Shown here: in pieces, positions 10,998 to 20,339 of the stretch | Numbering within the stretch: position 1 is the first letter of the stretch | Layout: every line of letters begins with the position of its first letter | NCBI GenBank assembly: GCA_964649715.1 | Contig: CAZYTH010000002.1 | Coordinates: 2,248-66,247 of the forward strand | Direction: 5' to 3' | Length of the DNA stretch: 64,000 nt | From: an uncultured Candidatus Saccharibacteria bacterium | Lineage (GTDB): Bacteria > Patescibacteriota > Minisyncoccia > Phycocordibacterales > UBA12445 | Made by a program: the position numbers and the translations under genes | Notes under the pieces: model-generated | What the model was told of the DNA's origin: nothing | What the model saw: the letters and a program-made list of their open reading frames with translations, nothing else | The model's database searches: none

Positions 10998-11679
10998 CAG
11001 GGTTTATAATCAATCGATTATAAAGGAAGGTAATTCGGAAGGTTTTTTCAATGTTTTTATTTTTAGGAAGATTTCTATACATCTTTCTTGGTTATTGGCT
11101 TATTTAGATATTTCTCCTAATAAAATAACTATTTTTTCTTTTGTAATTGGTCTTATTGCTTCTTTTTTATTTTCTTTCGGTTTTTATTATTACACTTTAT
11201 TCGGTTTATTTTTTTATATTATCGCTAATATTTTGGATATGTCTGATGGAGAGGTAGCAAGATTGACGGGAAAGTTTTCGGAGTTTGGTCATTTTCTAGA
11301 TCCCTTTTTAGATAGAGTTCTTAATTTTATTTTTTTGGGTGGGGTTTCCTATGGTGTTTATGTTGAAAGTGGGAATAATTCAATTTTATTTTTGTATGTT
11401 TTTTATTTAATTTTCTCTTTTTTGAATTTATATTTAAACAGTGAATCTAAAAATCTTGGTGGTTTATCTGGAAAAGAATACCTTATAAAAACTACCCATT
11501 TTATTTCAAATGATAATATAAAAAAATATATAAGATGGGATGGTGGTTTTAGCTGTGTTATTTTAACTTTCTTTGTGCTTATAGACAAACTCTATTATTT
11601 CATTTTATTTTTATTATTTTTTTATATTTTTATTTTTTTAGCTTTATTTGTTGGGATTGTAAGAAAACTAAATGCTTAA
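10972..11679 (+). CDS. CDP-alcohol phosphatidyltransferase family membrane protein
   Basis: DMSDGEVARLTGKFSEFGHFLDPFLDRV matches the D-G-x2-A-R-x8-G-x3-D-x3-D motif; multi-TM. Confidence 0.6.
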   Translation: MKINKKDIDRVYNQSIIKEGNSEGFFNVFIFRKISIHLSWLLAYLDISPNKITIFSFVIGLIASFLFSFGFYYYTLFGLFFYIIANILDMSDGEVARLTGKFSEFGHFLDPFLDRVLNFIFLGGVSYGVYVESGNNSILFLYVFYLIFSFLNLYLNSESKNLGGLSGKEYLIKTTHFISNDNIKKYIRWDGGFSCVILTFFVLIDKLYYFILFLLFFYIFIFLALFVGIVRKLNA

Positions 11680-14600
11680 AAGGATTTTAGATGAATTAAT
11701 AAGATATAAATATATTTTATTTCTTTTAATTTTTACCATTTTAATCCATAATGTGTGGTTTTCTTTTGATAATATTTTAACGAGTACAGATTGGAGATAT
11801 TGGTTTAACGAATCAGCTAAAGAGGCATATTATTCTATTACGCCATGGATAGGTTTTTTTCATTTTGGTTATTTTAATGTACAAATGTATCTTTATTTTC
11901 ATATTTTTTTGTTTTCTCTTTTAGCTAATTTGGGTTTTGAAAGTGGTTTAACTTTAAAAATTGTTTATTTAATTCCGGTTTCAATAATGGGTTTTTTGTC
12001 TCCATATATCCTTGTCAAAAGATTGGTAAAAAATAATTTTATTGCTTTTGTTTCCGCATTATTTTACGGCACAACAACTTATTTTATTTGTAGACAGACA
12101 GCACATCTTTATATCGCTTTTATTTATTCTATTGCCCCATTGATATTTTATTTTTTTATTTCAGCTCTTTCTTCAAACAAAACAAAAGATTGGATATACT
12201 TCTTTTTGATTTCTTTTGTGGGTATTTGTTATGAGGCAAGGATAATGTTTATTGTTTTTTTTATTCTTCTATTCTATTTTATTTTTTTCCATGTTCTCGA
12301 GATAAAAAAATATTGTCGTGCTCTTTTTTTATTTTTTTGCTCCCTTTTGTTTTTTAACTCTTTTTGGTTGATTCCAACACTTCTCGGGGGCTCACAGGCA
12401 GGTATTGAAGAGATTACCGCTAGGGGTCTATTTGGTAATCATTTCTTTTCTTTGACTAACTCATTTACTATTCAAGAGTATGCGTGGACTGGTGGGGAAA
12501 TATTTGCTTTCGTAAAACAACCTGTCATTTGGTATTTTTGGTTTATACCATTATTCGCATTTTCAACCTTTTTATTTAAAAAAGCAAAGTATAAAAAAGA
12601 GTTGTTGTTTTTTGGGATATTGTCTTTGGTCGGCATATTTTTAACCAAACAATCTTCGGAGCCATTTACGGGGGTGTATCTGTGGTTATATAATAATTTT
12701 CCTGGTTTTTCTCTTTTTAGAGAAGCATCAAAACTATATTTAGTTACGTCTTTGGGATATCTTGGTTTAATATCTTATGGTTTAAGTATTTTCAAAGAGT
12801 CTAAAAATATTTACCTAAATAAGTATTTATTTTATTTTTTTTCTTTCTTGTTTATTGGAATAGCGTTTATTAATGTAAAACCTCTTTATACTGGAGAGAT
12901 GAAGAGAATGTTCGTTCCGAGAGAAATTCCGAAAGATTATTTAGTTTTTAAAGATTTTTTATTTAATCAAGAGAGTTTTTTTAGAACAGTCTGGGTTCCT
13001 GTGGTCTCAAGGTGGGGTTTCTTTTCTAATTCTTTTCCACGTGTATCTTTTGTTGACATGTTGAATAGTTCTTGGTCTGCGGTGTCAGATTATTCAAGCC
13101 CTAAAATGAAAAGGATAGCGAAGGAAGAAGCCATTTTGAATATATATAATAAAAATTTTGCTGATGAATTATTTGATATTTCTTTATTAAAATACATTGT
13201 CATTCCCATTAATGAGAAAGAAAATGATATTTATTTTTTTGATTCTTATGGTGGAAGAGAAAACCCTGGTGTAAGGCAATCGTATATTGAAAAACTGAAT
13301 GAAGTTTCTTGGCTCAAAAAGATAGATATCGGAACAAAGGATCTCGTGGTCTATGAAAACGAAGATTATAAACCACCAATATTTGCTTTTGATAATTTGT
13401 TTGGGTTAAATTATTTTTCCGACATTGATAAGAAATATGATCTTGCGTCTTCTAAACTTAAGAAAGAATTTTATTTTACTGTTGCAGATAAAAAAAATCA
13501 CGATGGCTCACCGTTATCTCCTCTTTTTGGTATTTTTGAAAATATTTCCGCAGATAATATTGGAAAAGATATTTCTTCAATCTTCCCTGGTCTTGGTCAG
13601 AGAGTTTTTAATTTATACAAGAAGAATACAAATGGTGTGGTCTTTTATTCTTTTGATGGTGATAAGGCGGTTTTTTACACAAAAGAGCGCGGAGTCTTGT
13701 CTCTAAATGGCATTAATGTCTCAGGGGCGGATGGTGAGAAAGATACCATTAGAACATTTTGGGCTATTCCTGGTGAGAAGTATTATATTTCCGAGGGTGG
13801 CACACTGTCTCCTTTGGTTAATGGAAAAGATTTTTATTTTGGAGATAACAAGAATGAAAAGACGATCAAAATATTTTCTGCAGGAGAGAATATATTGAAA
13901 AATGGTTCTTTTGAAGAAGGATTGTGGCAGGAAAAGGTTGGGGATTGTAATCGTTATGACAACAATTCAATAATGTCTATGAGTTTGGACAAAAAAAACA
14001 AAACCGATGGGGAAAATTCGCTAAGACTTGAAGCGACCACTCATATAGCATGTACTCTTACAAGGATACCTATCGTAGAATCAGGTAAGTATGTGTTCGG
14101 TTTTGATTATCAGAGTTCAAATTCTAAAATATCCGCATATCATCTTCGTTTCAATGACGCGGATAAAACATTGGTAAATGGCGTCCTGCCGATAGGCGAT
14201 AACAAATGGCATAGTTTTTTGAAGGAGATAGACATCCCTCCTGACGCAACTTCCGCCACTCTTCATATTTATGCTTATTCTTCAGACGGATTAATTAACA
14301 ATATTGTCAGATATGATAATTTTGAACTTCGTGAATTATATTTTGAGAAAAAATTAATTATTCCCGCCGAGAGGGGTGAATTTAAAAAGAGCAAAATAGA
14401 GATGGCGGAGGGGGGTAATGTTTTTAAATATGAAAGCAGTTTCTTTGACTATAAAAATTTATTTGCCAACGGTTCTTTTGAAGAAGGATTGTGGCAGGAA
14501 AAGGTTGGGGATTGCAATAATTACGACAAAGAACCGGTTATTGCTATGTCTTTGAGCGAAGCAACGAGCTCGGACAGAAGACGGTCGCTTCAGCTTGAAG

Positions 14601-15394
14601 CGGCGCGCCACATTGCTTGCACGGGCACGGCTACGAATATAGATGCCGGATCGACTTATTTTTTCATTTTTGATTATCAGAGCGATAATTCTAACACGGC
14701 TGGTTATCACATTGGTTTTAATGACAAAAAAAAGACAGTTATTGCGGAAAAGATAACTGTAAAAGATAAAAATTGGAATACTTTTTCTAATATCATAAAA
14801 GCCCCCGAAGGTGCGACCGCGTTTTCTCTTAACGTTTATGCTTACTCTAAGAATGAGAAAGAAAGAATGATAAACAGATATGATAATTTTAAGCTTATCA
14901 AAATTCCCGATTTGATTGGTTCTTATTACTTGGTTGGTGATCCCAGTATCAAGATTGAGAACCCTGCTTCTGTCGCCTTTGAACTTATAAATCCGACCAA
15001 GAAACTTGTACATATAAAGGGAGCATCGACACCTTTCTTTTTGGCTATGAGTGAAAGCTATCATCCGAAGTGGCAACTTCAAATGAATAATGACAAAGTG
15101 AACGGGTTTTTCAATTCATGGATGCCTTTCGTGGTTCCCGATAAAGTTTCCGATGACAGGCATTACAAATTGAACGATTTTTTGAATGCATGGTACGTGG
15201 ACACGGGGGTTATGTGTCATAATAATTCGGCTTGTGTAAAAAATGAAGATGGATCCTATGACATCGAGCTCGTTGTGGAATTTTTTCCCCAGAGATGGTT
15301 TTACTTAGGTCTTCTTATAAGCGGAATGACACTTACCGGATGTATTGGGTATCTGACGTATGAATGGAGAAAAAATAAAAAACAAATTGTATGA
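11672..15394 (+). CDS. large integral membrane protein: N-terminal multi-TM (GT-C-like) region plus two tandem CBM4/9-like beta-sandwich repeats and a C-terminal TM
   Basis: About 550-aa polytopic N-terminal region. Duplicated NGSFEEGLWQEKVGDCN...Y.YS domains at aa about 744 and 933; terminal hydrophobic helix. Confidence 0.5.
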   Translation: MLKRILDELIRYKYILFLLIFTILIHNVWFSFDNILTSTDWRYWFNESAKEAYYSITPWIGFFHFGYFNVQMYLYFHIFLFSLLANLGFESGLTLKIVYLIPVSIMGFLSPYILVKRLVKNNFIAFVSALFYGTTTYFICRQTAHLYIAFIYSIAPLIFYFFISALSSNKTKDWIYFFLISFVGICYEARIMFIVFFILLFYFIFFHVLEIKKYCRALFLFFCSLLFFNSFWLIPTLLGGSQAGIEEITARGLFGNHFFSLTNSFTIQEYAWTGGEIFAFVKQPVIWYFWFIPLFAFSTFLFKKAKYKKELLFFGILSLVGIFLTKQSSEPFTGVYLWLYNNFPGFSLFREASKLYLVTSLGYLGLISYGLSIFKESKNIYLNKYLFYFFSFLFIGIAFINVKPLYTGEMKRMFVPREIPKDYLVFKDFLFNQESFFRTVWVPVVSRWGFFSNSFPRVSFVDMLNSSWSAVSDYSSPKMKRIAKEEAILNIYNKNFADELFDISLLKYIVIPINEKENDIYFFDSYGGRENPGVRQSYIEKLNEVSWLKKIDIGTKDLVVYENEDYKPPIFAFDNLFGLNYFSDIDKKYDLASSKLKKEFYFTVADKKNHDGSPLSPLFGIFENISADNIGKDISSIFPGLGQRVFNLYKKNTNGVVFYSFDGDKAVFYTKERGVLSLNGINVSGADGEKDTIRTFWAIPGEKYYISEGGTLSPLVNGKDFYFGDNKNEKTIKIFSAGENILKNGSFEEGLWQEKVGDCNRYDNNSIMSMSLDKKNKTDGENSLRLEATTHIACTLTRIPIVESGKYVFGFDYQSSNSKISAYHLRFNDADKTLVNGVLPIGDNKWHSFLKEIDIPPDATSATLHIYAYSSDGLINNIVRYDNFELRELYFEKKLIIPAERGEFKKSKIEMAEGGNVFKYESSFFDYKNLFANGSFEEGLWQEKVGDCNNYDKEPVIAMSLSEATSSDRRRSLQLEAARHIACTGTATNIDAGSTYFFIFDYQSDNSNTAGYHIGFNDKKKTVIAEKITVKDKNWNTFSNIIKAPEGATAFSLNVYAYSKNEKERMINRYDNFKLIKIPDLIGSYYLVGDPSIKIENPASVAFELINPTKKLVHIKGASTPFFLAMSESYHPKWQLQMNNDKVNGFFNSWMPFVVPDKVSDDRHYKLNDFLNAWYVDTGVMCHNNSACVKNEDGSYDIELVVEFFPQRWFYLGLLISGMTLTGCIGYLTYEWRKNKKQIV
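13901..14514 (+). repeat. intragenic tandem duplication (two CBM-like domain copies sharing a 44-nt identical core)
   Basis: ggttcttttgaagaaggattgtggcaggaaaaggttggggattg at 13904-13947 and 14471-14514. Confidence 0.6.
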
Positions 15395-15837
15395 TATCCA
15401 ACAAAAAAAAATTACCACCTATAGGATGTTTTAAAAAGTTTATTGCTTTACTTATTTCTCGTACTCGTTGTATCGTGGAGCTGGTTAGGGGAGAACTCCA
15501 AAAAAAAAGAAGAAAGCTCGGCTATATTTTTTTGATCCCGATTATTATTTTGTTTTTAGGTATTACGATTTCCTTTTTTGTCGGCGCGAGGGGAGGAGTG
15601 TTGTGGGCAATGTTTTTTGCTTTTATCGTTTATGGCTGGGACAATAGAATTCCCGCCGCCCTTGCTTTGATATGTCTTTCTGTTTGTCCTCTTTTTATTG
15701 AGCTTGATATGAACGATCGTGCGGAAAATATCGCAGTATGGGCGTTCTTCTTTCTCACAATGACGGTAGCACTTCAGCTCATAGATATGTTTCGTCATCC
15801 AGATATTGAAATAACCGACCAAAATGAAAATTTATGA
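15391..15837 (+). CDS. hypothetical small membrane protein
   Basis: Start overlaps upstream stop (ATGA); three or four TM helices. Confidence 0.35.
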   Translation: MISNKKKLPPIGCFKKFIALLISRTRCIVELVRGELQKKRRKLGYIFLIPIIILFLGITISFFVGARGGVLWAMFFAFIVYGWDNRIPAALALICLSVCPLFIELDMNDRAENIAVWAFFFLTMTVALQLIDMFRHPDIEITDQNENL

Positions 15838-17491
15838 TAAAAATATCTTTCTTTTTGTTGTCGCCTCCATAGTTATCTTATGGCAGGCGCTTTTGCCTGG
15901 CTATATTTTAAGTTTGGATATGGTTTTTACCCCTGAAATGCACACAATCTCAGAAGCTGGTGGTTTTTTGAATACTTTACTCGTGGGCGGTTTACTCCGT
16001 TCGTTTTGTTTGGTTCTTCCCGCCTGGCTTATCCAAAAATTCATTCTTTTTTTTCTTTTCTTTAATATTGGTTACCTTGCTTACAAATTTTTGCCGGTCG
16101 GCGAAGACAAAAATACCCGTCTGTTTTCAGCACTAATCTATTTATCTAATCCTTTTGTTTATTCTCGTTTTTTAGCGGGTCACTGGATGCTTCTTTTTGC
16201 ATATGCTCTTCTTCCGATATTTATTTATTATCTTCTGGCACTGAAAGATAAATTTGATTTAAGATCAATGTTTAGGTTGTTTATAATTTTATTTGTGATT
16301 GGGCTATTTTCTCTTCATTTTCTTGTTATCTCATTCGCGATAACTTTCTTTTGGATATTTTATCTTTTGGCGAGGTTTTTGTATCAGAACGAAATTGCTG
16401 TGGCAAGGTCATTGTTTTTTAATTTTTGTATTGCTGTAATATTTTTTTTGATAGTTAGTGGTTACTGGATATTACCGGCTTTTTCAAGATCTGCGCCGAT
16501 AGAAGCGCGTTTTGGGCAAGAACACTGGAGTGCTTTTTCTGCGGGAAGCTATAATAACGTTGGCGTTCTTTTGAATATTGCTTCTTTGAACGGTTTTTGG
16601 GGAGAAAGGAATGTTTGGGCGGGATATTTCTTGTGGCCACAGGATAGTGCCGTTTTTTGGTTCGCTTTCTTGGCAGTTTTTGTTTTAGTGCTTTTGGGAA
16701 TATGTTTTGGATTAAGAAAAAAAGAGACGAGGCTCCTCACTGTTTTTTTTATGATTTTAAGTGCGTTTTCTTTTGTTTTCGCCACAGGGGTGTCGGATAC
16801 TGTCTTTAAAAATTTTAATTTATGGATGTATGAGCATATTTATTTTTGGTCGGGTTTTCGGGATAGTCAGAAATTTAGTGGTTTTCTCGCTTTAGGTTAC
16901 GCTTTTTTATCCAGCCTGGGATTTTCGCAAATATTTTCTTTTTTGGATGATAAAAAACCTGCTCTAAAAGAAAGGGTCCTGTCTTTTGTTTTCGTTATCC
17001 CAATTTTTTTCGGTCTTTTTGTGTGGGGAGGATTTCATGGGCAAATAAAATCTGTATGGTATCCTGCATCGTGGTTTGAGGTGCAAAATATTGTAAGAGG
17101 GGATATTACCGGTGGGCGTGTATTATTCTTGCCATGGCACGGATATTTGTCGTTTAAATTCAATAATAATTTGATCACCGCCAATCCATTTAGAACGTTT
17201 TTTGGAGAAAAAGTGGTTGCAGGACGAAGCGTTGAGATTGGGGATATTTATGATCAGGAAAACAATGAAGAGTATTCAGCGTTGGATAATCTGGTAAGAG
17301 AGAAGGTGTTTTTGTCTGCAAATGAGACGGTTGAATTATTGGCGAAGAAAAATATAAAATACATTGTTTATTTCCGTGACATTGAAAAGGTGGATAATTT
17401 GAAATATGAATTTTTAAATTCTGAAAAAATAGATTTGATATTAAACAAAGACGATCTCTCATTGTATGAAATAAAAGATTTACAGCGTTAG
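15824..17491 (+). CDS. polytopic membrane protein, likely paralog of the N-terminal domain of the 11672-15394 protein (GT-C-like)
   Basis: 555 aa with at least 10 predicted TM helices, similar layout to the upstream large protein. Start overlaps the previous gene. Confidence 0.4.
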   Translation: MKIYDKNIFLFVVASIVILWQALLPGYILSLDMVFTPEMHTISEAGGFLNTLLVGGLLRSFCLVLPAWLIQKFILFFLFFNIGYLAYKFLPVGEDKNTRLFSALIYLSNPFVYSRFLAGHWMLLFAYALLPIFIYYLLALKDKFDLRSMFRLFIILFVIGLFSLHFLVISFAITFFWIFYLLARFLYQNEIAVARSLFFNFCIAVIFFLIVSGYWILPAFSRSAPIEARFGQEHWSAFSAGSYNNVGVLLNIASLNGFWGERNVWAGYFLWPQDSAVFWFAFLAVFVLVLLGICFGLRKKETRLLTVFFMILSAFSFVFATGVSDTVFKNFNLWMYEHIYFWSGFRDSQKFSGFLALGYAFLSSLGFSQIFSFLDDKKPALKERVLSFVFVIPIFFGLFVWGGFHGQIKSVWYPASWFEVQNIVRGDITGGRVLFLPWHGYLSFKFNNNLITANPFRTFFGEKVVAGRSVEIGDIYDQENNEEYSALDNLVREKVFLSANETVELLAKKNIKYIVYFRDIEKVDNLKYEFLNSEKIDLILNKDDLSLYEIKDLQR

Positions 17492-17615
17492 GGGTATAAA
17501 AATCAACGATTTTAATTTGGAGTTGGGGATAAAATCACACTTTGCATTTGCATATTTTTTTTTTAGGTTTACAATAATACGAACAAGGATTAATGGATTG
17601 ATATCAAATAAATAA

Positions 17616-18197
17616 ATGAAAAAATTTCTTTTTTATTTTCCGGTTGTAGTCGCACTTTTTATTGTTGGCTCTTTGGGCGATGCTCGAGGAGATTTTTGGG
17701 GTGCTAAGTTGGCATTTGGTTATGGTGGAGGAGGTAGCGGAGGAGTTTGGTATGGAGGTAGTGATTCTATAGGGCAGACTGTAACATATCCTCAAATAAC
17801 TCCTGTGCCTCTGTCTATATTGCCAGCTAAACCGATAAGCGAGATGACACCAGTAGAGCTTCAGAGTGAAATAACGAGGCTTGTGAGTATTTTAGTTCAG
17901 TTGCAAACACAGTTGGGTTTGCCTGTCTCAATCCCTGGGGCGTACAATTTCTCAAGGAATTTGACTTTGGGTTCAACTGGTTCAGATGTGAGAGACCTTC
18001 AGAGGGCGCTCAATAGTGATCCTGATACTTTGGTTAATATTTCGGGTGCAGGTTCGCCTGGCAATGAGACTACATTCTTTGGTCCAGCAACAAGGAACGC
18101 TGTTTCTAAGTTTCAAGTTAAGCACAGAATATCTCCTTCTGTAGGATATTTCGGTTCTCTCACAAGGGCAAAGATGAATTCATTGTTTGCTCAATAA
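17616..18197 (+). CDS. secreted glycine-rich protein with C-terminal peptidoglycan-binding domain (PG_binding_1-like)
   Basis: Signal peptide and GYGGGGSGG tract. C-terminal G.TGSDVRDLQRALN...FGPATRNAVSKFQ..H.I pattern of PG-binding domains. Confidence 0.5.
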   Translation: MKKFLFYFPVVVALFIVGSLGDARGDFWGAKLAFGYGGGGSGGVWYGGSDSIGQTVTYPQITPVPLSILPAKPISEMTPVELQSEITRLVSILVQLQTQLGLPVSIPGAYNFSRNLTLGSTGSDVRDLQRALNSDPDTLVNISGAGSPGNETTFFGPATRNAVSKFQVKHRISPSVGYFGSLTRAKMNSLFAQ

Positions 18198-18212
18198 TAG
18201 ACATACATTTTA

Positions 18213-18246
18213 AAAACCAGCTCAAAAAAGGGAGCTGGTTTTTTTA
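18213..18246 (+). terminator. rho-independent terminator (ccagctc..gagctgg followed by a T run)
   Basis: Perfect 7-bp stem followed by tttttttaa. Confidence 0.5.
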
Positions 18247-18332
18247 ATTTAATTTGTGTTGTTATGGTTTTGCTAAAAGACCTTAGAAGTTCAAAAAATA
18301 AACCACCCAGAAACGGGTGGCAGTAAACTTTT

Positions 18333-18644
18333 TCAAATTATCAGATTTCTTCCTTTTTGGAGGAGGATCTGAAATTCTCTTTTTGTGAGCTCAATCATTC
18401 CTCCAGATTCGTCGATGATGTTTAGGGAGTCGTGCCCAGTTTGATATACCTTGACCACCCCGTCGTCTTTTTTGTTGAGGATGTTTTCAAACTGTTCTTT
18501 GGTGAATTCCACTTTTCCACCAGCATCATCAAAGATGACGTATGTCTCGTATTGAGTAGAGAACACGACAGGACATCTGTCAGAGCTGGGATTACGGAAC
18601 TTGAACTCCGATAGTATTTTTGCAAGAGCACTTTGTGTGAACAT
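18333..18644 (-). CDS. hypothetical protein with two internal about 40-aa repeats
   Basis: FDDAGGKVEFTKEQFENIL and IDESGGMIELTKREFQILL repeat units. Confidence 0.35.
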   Translation of the reverse strand: MFTQSALAKILSEFKFRNPSSDRCPVVFSTQYETYVIFDDAGGKVEFTKEQFENILNKKDDGVVKVYQTGHDSLNIIDESGGMIELTKREFQILLQKGRNLII

Positions 18645-18716
18645 TGGGAAGCTCCTTTCTTTTCAAGATACGAATTTATCTGAGGGTAAACATTTTTTTG
18701 GGCTTTGTCAAGTTTT

Positions 18717-18833
18717 TCGCGTTAGGATTCTTCCATTACGTGGACGGTATACCTTTTGAACATATTTTGTTCGTGCTTCGCACTTCAAAATATGCTCAAA
18801 AGGTCTTCGAACGTGGGACGAAGTTCGACAGGC
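18717..18833. repeat. structured dispersed repeat, copy A (family also at about 27511-27700 and 30205-30535)
   Basis: Shares aggattcttc..gacggta.accttttg.a.atatttt..aaaatatgctcaaaaggt..ttcgaa..acgaag with copies B and C. Contains an 18-bp inverted repeat around a gtgcttcgcac hairpin. Confidence 0.5.
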
Positions 18834-18913
18834 TATTATTATTAATGGTGGATGTAGTAAAAGTGAGGCCGTCTCGTTGAGAAAAATAAATAAGATATGA
18901 TACAATAATTTTC

Positions 18914-19396
18914 ATGAATAAAACCAATATTTATATCGATGGAAATAATCTTTATCGAAGCGCAAAAGATCTTGGTTTTGAAATTGATTATAAAAAATTT
19001 CGCGGTTGGCTCCGTCAAAAATACAATCCGGAATTTGTGTACTTGTTTATCGGGCTCGTACCTGAAAGAGCTAAATTTTACGAACATTTACAAAAATGTG
19101 GTTATATTTTGGTCTTCAAGCAAACAGTATCTGTAGGAGAAAAAATCAAAGGAAATTGTGATGCAGAACTTGTTTTAAAAACTGTATCAGATTTTTATAC
19201 TAAATCTTTTAATTCTTGCATTTTAGTGACGGGGGACGGAGATTTTGGTTGCTTGGCGGAATTTCTAAGAGAAAACAAATCCATGAATTGTATTGTTTCT
19301 CCCGATAAAAATAAGTGTTCAATTCTGCTCAGGAACAAAAATACTGAAATAATTTTTCTAAACGAACATTATCATAAATTTTCAAATAAGGCCTAA
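18914..19396 (+). CDS. NYN domain (LabA-like, PIN-fold) protein
   Basis: NIYIDGNNLYRSAK...VTGDGDF acidic residues of NYN/LabA nucleases. Confidence 0.6.
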   Translation: MNKTNIYIDGNNLYRSAKDLGFEIDYKKFRGWLRQKYNPEFVYLFIGLVPERAKFYEHLQKCGYILVFKQTVSVGEKIKGNCDAELVLKTVSDFYTKSFNSCILVTGDGDFGCLAEFLRENKSMNCIVSPDKNKCSILLRNKNTEIIFLNEHYHKFSNKA

Positions 19397-19551
19397 AAGA
19401 AAAAGCCCCCGGTGCAGACGTATCTGCACAAGGGTCTCTTTCATAATGATACCCATAGTGTATATCAGTAGCCTGTAGTAGTCAACATTTTTGTTATGGT
19501 TCAATAGCTTGGAAACAGAACATGGCAATGAGAAGGCAGAGAAAGATTGTT

Positions 19552-20202
19552 TTATTTTGGCCTTATGACGATGTATCTTTTGTTCCAGGCATTCATAAAG
19601 TCTTGAATTGATATAGACATATTTCCGTGTTCCATCGCAGGATCGTTGTAGCGAATGATATTATTTTGAATGTTATTAATTACTGCAAGGTGCGGTATCG
19701 GGCTTTGGGGGTCCATTTTGTAACGCACAGAGGCAATTACGGGCCCTTTTTTCAAAGATGACTCAAGTTTGGAAAAAGCTATTTCGTTTTCTTCTTTTGA
19801 GAGGTCGTAGGCTTCACCAACAAGGTCATATTTCTCCGAAAGAATCACAAGGTCTTTGTGTTTCCACCCAGCATCTTCCAGATATGCTCCGTTTGAAATT
19901 CCTTGCTCTAGAAGTTCGTTGACTGAAACAATTCCAGGTTTGTAATGTTCTATTATCATCGCAAGGCTTGCAATGCCACACCCTACCTTTTTCCACTTGG
20001 GTGATTCAATATCATCAAATTGGGAATAGAACGGTATTTGGGGGTTGGTTTGTAATATTTTCGGTGTTTCTGCTCTTATGTTTTGGGGGGTTGTGTAGGG
20101 TGGGGGAGTAACGTTTGAGCTGTTTGAAAAAGCGCCAGAAGCGCTGAAAATAAGGCTTAAAAATATTTTATTTATGTATAACACTAATATATAATTATAC
20201 AA
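19552..20202 (-). CDS. secreted papain-like cysteine peptidase domain protein (Peptidase_C39-like)
   Basis: Signal peptide. KKVGCGIASLAMIIEHY catalytic-Cys region and downstream His, as recalled for C39_2/BtrH-type domains. Confidence 0.45.
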   Translation of the reverse strand: MYNYILVLYINKIFLSLIFSASGAFSNSSNVTPPPYTTPQNIRAETPKILQTNPQIPFYSQFDDIESPKWKKVGCGIASLAMIIEHYKPGIVSVNELLEQGISNGAYLEDAGWKHKDLVILSEKYDLVGEAYDLSKEENEIAFSKLESSLKKGPVIASVRYKMDPQSPIPHLAVINNIQNNIIRYNDPAMEHGNMSISIQDFMNAWNKRYIVIRPK

Positions 20203-20339
20203 TATTTATTCTGATTTGGCAATGTTTTTCGGTGGGGTTTGTGTTGTCATTAAATACAGATGAACATTGTTTTTTTTTATTGAAAAAACAGCGGGCCCTA
20301 TTTTTAATTGAGCGGTTTTTGGAGTAAAATATTATAGTT

